Source of the DNA: Parcubacteria group bacterium M6-OD1-1
GTDB lineage: Bacteria; Patescibacteriota; Minisyncoccia; GWC2-36-17; M10-OD1-4
NCBI GenBank assembly: GCA_003056085.1
Contig: LSNK01000002.1
Span: 42,485 to 106,484, forward strand
Direction of reading: 5' to 3'
Length of the DNA: 64,000 nucleotides
The notes beneath the pieces are model-generated. The model saw only the letters and a list, made by a program, of their open reading frames with translations. It was not told the DNA's origin and made no database searches. Below, piece after piece: positions 59,419-64,000 of this stretch. Within the stretch, counting starts at the first letter, position 1, and each line of letters starts with the position of its first letter. The position numbers were made by a program, and so were the translations under genes.

Positions 59419-59625
59419 TTATGCTTGCACATCCATTATGGAAAGCGCAACGTCATTTATAGAGGAGCTATTTGTGCAGATTGGTTCAACCCCAATTTTT
59501 TTCTTTACTTCCTCCTTTACTCTTTCGGCGCCGTAGATAATCTTTTCACAAGACGCAAACGGCTCTCTGTTGAAAACATCATAAAAAGCACCATGCACAA
59601 CTGCTAAAGCTTCATCAAAGTTCAT
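59419..59625 (-). CDS. Small hypothetical protein
   Basis: AGGAGG RBS; hairpin directly after the stop. Confidence 0.6.
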   Translation of the reverse strand: MNFDEALAVVHGAFYDVFNREPFASCEKIIYGAERVKEEVKKKIGVEPICTNSSSINDVALSIMDVQA

Positions 59626-59695
59626 AACGAACCTCCTAAATTGTTTTAAAAAAAACTACTGAGTAAATAAAACATATTTTTCTAAAAACACAAAT

Positions 59696-60898
59696 TTAAA
59701 TATTTTTATATTTCTCCAAAAATTCTTTTTTGTATTTTAAAAAACTGTCTTGTTCTATTGAGTCTCTAATATTTTTCATTAGTTCCATCATAAAATAAAG
59801 ATTATGTATTGAAGAAAGCCTGTGTCCGAGCATCTCCCCCGCTCTGTGCAAGTGATGCAAATATGCCTTTGAATAATTTTTACAGGCATAACACCCACAC
59901 CCATCAACAATTGGTTCAAATTTTTCTCTGTTTATTATTTTTTTGATATCATATTTCCCGTTTTTAGTAAAAATCACTCCGTGTCTTGCAAGACGTGTCG
60001 GTAAAACACAGTCAAAAAGATCTACTCCTCTTTGGACTCCCTCAAAAATATCTTCCACCTCGCCTATACCAAGCATATGTCTTGGTTTTTCTTGAGGCAA
60101 TATTTTGTTTACAAGCTCCACCACCTCTTTCATATCGTCTTTGTCAAAAGAACCCCCGATGCCAAAACCTTCAAATGGAAGCGAAGCAATGTATCTTGCG
60201 CTTTCTTCCCGCAAGTCTTTGTATCTTCCTCCTTGAACTATTCCGAAAAGAGCTTGGTCTTCTCTTGTCCTTGTGTCAAGACATCTTTTTGCCCACCTAT
60301 GAGTTCTGTTTAACGCTTTTCTCATATATTCTTTTTGCGCAAGCGGTGAGGTGCATTCGTCAAATACAAATATCATATCTGCTCCTAATTTTTCTTGTAT
60401 AGCTATTGAGCTTTCCGGAGTAAACCTATGCTCTGTTCCGTCAAGATGAGACTTGAAAGTTACTCCGTCGTCGTCTATCTTTGCAAGAGCCGAGTGTTCA
60501 GAAATATGCTCGCTGTTTCCCTCAAGCTCCGCTTCCGTTGGCGACTCCTTTGCTATTTTACTTACCCCTTTTTTATATGCAAAACCTAAAGAAAAAACCT
60601 GAAAACCACCTGAATCCGTCATAGTTGGACCTTGCCAATTCATAAAACTTCCCAATCCTCCCGCTTTTGCAACAACATCTTCCCCCGGCTGTAAGTAAAG
60701 GTGATAAGTATTTCCTAAAACAACTTGCGCCCCCAAACTAGCAACATCTTCCGGGCTGAGCGCTTTTACAGCGGCAAGCGTACCCACAGTCACAAAAGCC
60801 GGAGTTTTTATTTCTCCATGAGGCGTGCTCAAAACACCTGTTCTTCCTAAAGAACCCGGGATTTGTTTTTTTATCTTTAGATGAATAGATTCGTTCAT
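59696..60898 (-). CDS. tgt: tRNA-guanine transglycosylase
   Basis: NTYHL, TDSGGFQVFSL, GIVQGG, D.FDCVLPTR and Zn site CGCYAC. Confidence 0.97.
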   Translation of the reverse strand: MNESIHLKIKKQIPGSLGRTGVLSTPHGEIKTPAFVTVGTLAAVKALSPEDVASLGAQVVLGNTYHLYLQPGEDVVAKAGGLGSFMNWQGPTMTDSGGFQVFSLGFAYKKGVSKIAKESPTEAELEGNSEHISEHSALAKIDDDGVTFKSHLDGTEHRFTPESSIAIQEKLGADMIFVFDECTSPLAQKEYMRKALNRTHRWAKRCLDTRTREDQALFGIVQGGRYKDLREESARYIASLPFEGFGIGGSFDKDDMKEVVELVNKILPQEKPRHMLGIGEVEDIFEGVQRGVDLFDCVLPTRLARHGVIFTKNGKYDIKKIINREKFEPIVDGCGCYACKNYSKAYLHHLHRAGEMLGHRLSSIHNLYFMMELMKNIRDSIEQDSFLKYKKEFLEKYKNI

Positions 60899-60901
60899 AC
60901 C

Positions 60902-61168
60902 TTATTTTATATCTATCTTTAAATCCAATACATCTGAGACTTTTACTAAAAAAGAGAGTGTTGGGTTATATGTGCCTGACTCAAATCTGGATATAGCTGA
61001 TTGTTTTGTTCCTATTGATAAAGCAAGATCTTTTTGTGTTAGACCTTTTTCTATTCTCTTTTCTATTATTTTTTTAATTAAAGAAAATTCAAAATCAAGC
61101 TTTTTATATTCACGTTCAACTTCTTTATTCTTTAGTAATTTTGTTTTAATTGTTTTATAATCTTTCAT
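60902..61168 (-). CDS. XRE-family HTH antitoxin (HigA-like)
   Basis: GLTQKDLA..IGTKQSAISRFESG.YNPTL; probable start MKDY at 61168. Confidence 0.87.
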   Translation of the reverse strand: MKDYKTIKTKLLKNKEVEREYKKLDFEFSLIKKIIEKRIEKGLTQKDLALSIGTKQSAISRFESGTYNPTLSFLVKVSDVLDLKIDIK

Positions 61169-61175
61169 ATTCAAA

Positions 61176-61195
61176 ATATAACATATATGTTATAT
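61176..61195. promoter_or_regulatory. Palindromic operator overlapping an internal antitoxin promoter
   Basis: ATATAACATA|TATGTTATAT lying across minus-strand TTGACT-18 bp-TATATT. Confidence 0.6.
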
Positions 61196-61200
61196 AAAAG

Positions 61201-61509
61201 TCAACGAATTTGTCTTAATTTTTGCAAGGCAAAATTTAAATCCTTTTTTGGTATTTTCATGGATTTTTTTACAAAACCGTGTATCAACACAGCTTTAGAT
61301 TTATGAAAAGTATATAATATTCTAATTTTCTGCACACCATGTATTCGCAACTCAAATAAATTTTCTGCAATCTTTTTACTATGAGGCATACTTAGCTTAT
61401 AACCAAAAGCTTCTAATAAATCTATTGTACGCAGTATTTTAGCAACAGATGAATTGTCTTGGAATTCCAAAAATTTTTCAAGAGAATCATCAAAAAATTT
61501 TATTTCCAT
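61201..61509 (-). CDS. RelE/ParE-family toxin (HigB/Gp49-like)
   Basis: MPHSKKI..NLFELRI...RILY.F...LIHGFVKKS.KIP; lies upstream of the XRE gene. Confidence 0.88.
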   Translation of the reverse strand: MEIKFFDDSLEKFLEFQDNSSVAKILRTIDLLEAFGYKLSMPHSKKIAENLFELRIHGVQKIRILYTFHKSKAVLIHGFVKKSMKIPKKDLNFALQKLRQIR

Positions 61510-61512
61510 ATT

Positions 61513-62349
61513 TTATTTAACCAAATCCTTTCTTAACTTTTTAATAACCTTAAAGTCTTTTTCTCTGTCTCCCGGAGTTTCTAAAACAAAATTTATATTT
61601 TGCAATCTTTTGTCTGAAAATATAGCTTTAAAGCCCTCCATCCCTATATAACCCTCTCCTATATGCTCATGCCTGTCTTTTTTCTCGTTTATATCAACTT
61701 TAGAATCGTTTAGGTGACAAAGCTTTAAATTCTTAAATCCGACAATTTTGTCAAAGTCATCAAAAACTTTTGTTACGGCTTCTTTTGTTCTCAGGTCATA
61801 CCCCGATGCAAACATATGCGCCGTGTCTAAACAAATTCCAATTTTGTAATCTTTAAGCTCACTCAAAAAGTAAGCAAGTTCTTCAAACTTGGAGCCGACT
61901 ATCTCCCCGGCTCCTGCGGATATTTCAAGCAAAAGCTCTGTTTCGTATTCTTTGTCTAAGATTTTTTTTAAAGCATCTGCGACCATTAAAGGCCCCTCAA
62001 GCTCGGTATCTACATCTTTATATGAACCAAGATGCGTCATGGCGTATTTTACACCAAGCTTACTTCCGCGCTCAAGCTCTTGTTTTATTATTTCTATAGA
62101 ACCATATCTTATTCTGTTATTTACCGAAGCCAAGTTTATTATATATGGAGTATGAATATACGCTTCCTTCTGCTCAAATTTTTCCATATTCTTTTTAAAC
62201 AAGTCTGCGATTTCGTCTGTTATGTCGGGCGCCTTCCACATTTGAGGAGATCTTGAAAACATTTGAAAAACCTCACAACCTTCCTGCTGCGCTCTCTCCG
62301 GAGCTTTGTCCACTCCGCCCGCTGATGATACATGTGCACCTAATAACAT
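61513..62349 (-). CDS. nfo: Endonuclease IV
   Basis: GAHVS.AGG, H.PY.INLAS, CLDTAH, HLNDSK, DRHEHIG and LETP motifs. Confidence 0.96.
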   Translation of the reverse strand: MLLGAHVSSAGGVDKAPERAQQEGCEVFQMFSRSPQMWKAPDITDEIADLFKKNMEKFEQKEAYIHTPYIINLASVNNRIRYGSIEIIKQELERGSKLGVKYAMTHLGSYKDVDTELEGPLMVADALKKILDKEYETELLLEISAGAGEIVGSKFEELAYFLSELKDYKIGICLDTAHMFASGYDLRTKEAVTKVFDDFDKIVGFKNLKLCHLNDSKVDINEKKDRHEHIGEGYIGMEGFKAIFSDKRLQNINFVLETPGDREKDFKVIKKLRKDLVK

Positions 62350-62370
62350 TTTTATGGTTTATTAGATAAA

Positions 62371-63042
62371 TTATTTATAAATATTTTTTAACCAGTTTAT
62401 TATATAATCTTGAAACTCCGGATGAGTCTTGAAAAGATTTGTTCCATGTTCTGCATCTTCAAATATTTTTATTTCTTTTTTAACCGATGCTTCTTCAAAT
62501 AACTTTCGGATTGTCTTTCTTGAATAGTCGTCTTTATCTCCTCCCGAACAAAGAAGCACCGACTGACCATCGGTAAGATCTTTTATCTTATCTTCTGAAG
62601 TAACACCCCTATAGTCAAGCCCCGGCGACATTAATATGGAAGTTTTAATATTACTGTTTTCCGACTGATATTGCAACGCCAAATTTGCTCCGATAGATGC
62701 TCCCACTAAAGAAATATTTTCCTTTAAAATTTCTTTGTTTTCAAAAAACTTAACCGCAGCCTCAACGTCATAAATTTTATCTTGTTGTTCTTTGTCTGTA
62801 AAATTTTGGTAGTCTATTGTTTCTCCGTCTTTTAAGACAGATTCTCCGTGCCCGCGAAAATCAATCGCAAGCGACTGAAACCCCGCCTCGGCTAATTTTT
62901 TTTGAAAATCATACCAAGATTCTTTTTCAGCAGGCATCATATGAAGCAAAACGACTGCAGGAGCTTTTTTGTTTTCGGTTTGAAAATAACAAGCTGAAAG
63001 CTTCACGTCATCTTTTGTTGTAATTGTTATATTTTCTTCCAT
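62371..63042 (-). CDS. Alpha/beta hydrolase
   Basis: LLHM, DFRGHGES, GASIG nucleophile elbow and HGT. Confidence 0.88.
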   Translation of the reverse strand: MEENITITTKDDVKLSACYFQTENKKAPAVVLLHMMPAEKESWYDFQKKLAEAGFQSLAIDFRGHGESVLKDGETIDYQNFTDKEQQDKIYDVEAAVKFFENKEILKENISLVGASIGANLALQYQSENSNIKTSILMSPGLDYRGVTSEDKIKDLTDGQSVLLCSGGDKDDYSRKTIRKLFEEASVKKEIKIFEDAEHGTNLFKTHPEFQDYIINWLKNIYK

Positions 63043-63084
63043 ATAACTTATTTTGAATATTTAACTATCTTTAAATTTTTTTAA

Positions 63085-64000
63085 TCATTCAACCGTAACG
63101 CTTTTTGCTAAATTTCTTGGTTTATCTATATCTTTTTTTAAATATCTTGCGACAAAATAAGCAAAAAACTGCATTGGGATAACCGATAAAATAGGTGAGA
63201 GCATTTCGGAGGACTTTGGAATAAACACAACATCATCGGCAATTTTTGATATTTTTTTATCACCGGAGGTTGCGATACATATAACTTTTCCTCCTCTTGC
63301 CTTTACTTCTTCAATAGTCGCCAGCATCTTGTTGTACGAAGAACCTTTTGTAGCTATACAAAAAACGGGAAAATCTTTATCCACCAAAGCAATCGGTCCA
63401 TGCTTTAACTCGCCTCCGGCATACCCTTCGGCATGAATATAAGAAATCTCTTTTAACTTCAAAGCTCCTTCAAGAGCAATCGGAAAATTATATTTCTTGC
63501 CTAAATATATAAAATTTTTGTATTTAAAATATTTTTTAGCTATATTTTCTATATTTTTCTGATTTGAAAGAATTTGTCCGATTTTACCATGCAAATTTTT
63601 TATTTCTAAAATCAATTCTTTCCCCTCAGAAAGGCTCATCGTCTTTTGTCTTGCAAAAAACAAAGTTAAAAGAGCAAGTACGGTTGCTTGGGAAATAAAT
63701 GCTTTTGTTGAGGCAACGCTTATTTCCGGACCCGCCCTATTGTAGATTCCGGCATCTGTTTCTCTTGAAATAGTTGAACCAACAACATTAACTATCCCTA
63801 AAGTTAAGATTTTTTTCGCCTTAACTTCTTTTAAAGCTCCGATGGTGTCTGCGGTTTCTCCGGACTGGGAAATAGCAATCAAAAGAGTGCTTTTGTCTAT
63901 GGAGGCCTTCCTGTCTTTAAACTCTGAAGCAATTTCAACAGTCGTTGGGATTTGAGCGAAATCTTCAAGCCAATATTTAGCTAAAAGCCCTGCATAATAA
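63085..64000 (-). CDS. glmS: Glutamine--fructose-6-phosphate transaminase, C-terminal part
   Basis: ISQSGETADT, VASTKAF, ALKLKEISYIHAEG and PRNLAKSVTVE motifs; 5' end lies outside the window. Confidence 0.98.
   Translation of the reverse strand, partial: YYAGLLAKYWLEDFAQIPTTVEIASEFKDRKASIDKSTLLIAISQSGETADTIGALKEVKAKKILTLGIVNVVGSTISRETDAGIYNRAGPEISVASTKAFISQATVLALLTLFFARQKTMSLSEGKELILEIKNLHGKIGQILSNQKNIENIAKKYFKYKNFIYLGKKYNFPIALEGALKLKEISYIHAEGYAGGELKHGPIALVDKDFPVFCIATKGSSYNKMLATIEEVKARGGKVICIATSGDKKISKIADDVVFIPKSSEMLSPILSVIPMQFFAYFVARYLKKDIDKPRNLAKSVTVE

Noticed and set aside
1-64000. Alternative genetic code 25 (TGA=Gly)
   Set aside because: Conserved genes are intact under code 11 and some end in TGA (e.g. 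obgE, glmS).

Overview
This is an AT-rich window with almost all genes on the minus strand. Gene content suggests a Patescibacteria/CPR (Parcubacteria-like) genome using code 11; the taxonomy is inferred. Housekeeping genes: cfa, secA, raiA, obgE, murB, murC, udg, efp, secD/secF, iscS, xseA/xseB, tgt, nfo and glmS. There are also many large secreted or surface proteins. The most notable region is 28.5-43.7 kb. It carries two REP-associated-type HUH/Y1 transposases, each tied to its own short palindrome family: A is GTTCGAGGTT-S-AACCTCGAAC (6 copies) and B is CATAGGTG-W-CACCTATG (4 copies). Both families share an AGGT-N3-ACCT core. The copies sit at most gene boundaries and inside both transposase ORFs. 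Their outer arms are perfect inverted repeats whose sequence differs from site to site, which suggests a nick, fold-back and copy ('palindrome-writing') process and possibly a hairpin-delimited cassette array. Also seen: a third orphan palindrome family, phased 11-bp repeats near a four-helix-bundle/wHTH gene, a ~465-nt leader on an S-layer-like gene, a frameshifted ParB-like gene next to a sigma-28-like gene, and two small Cys-rich ORFs missing from the ORF track. No rRNA, tRNA or CRISPR array was recognised.
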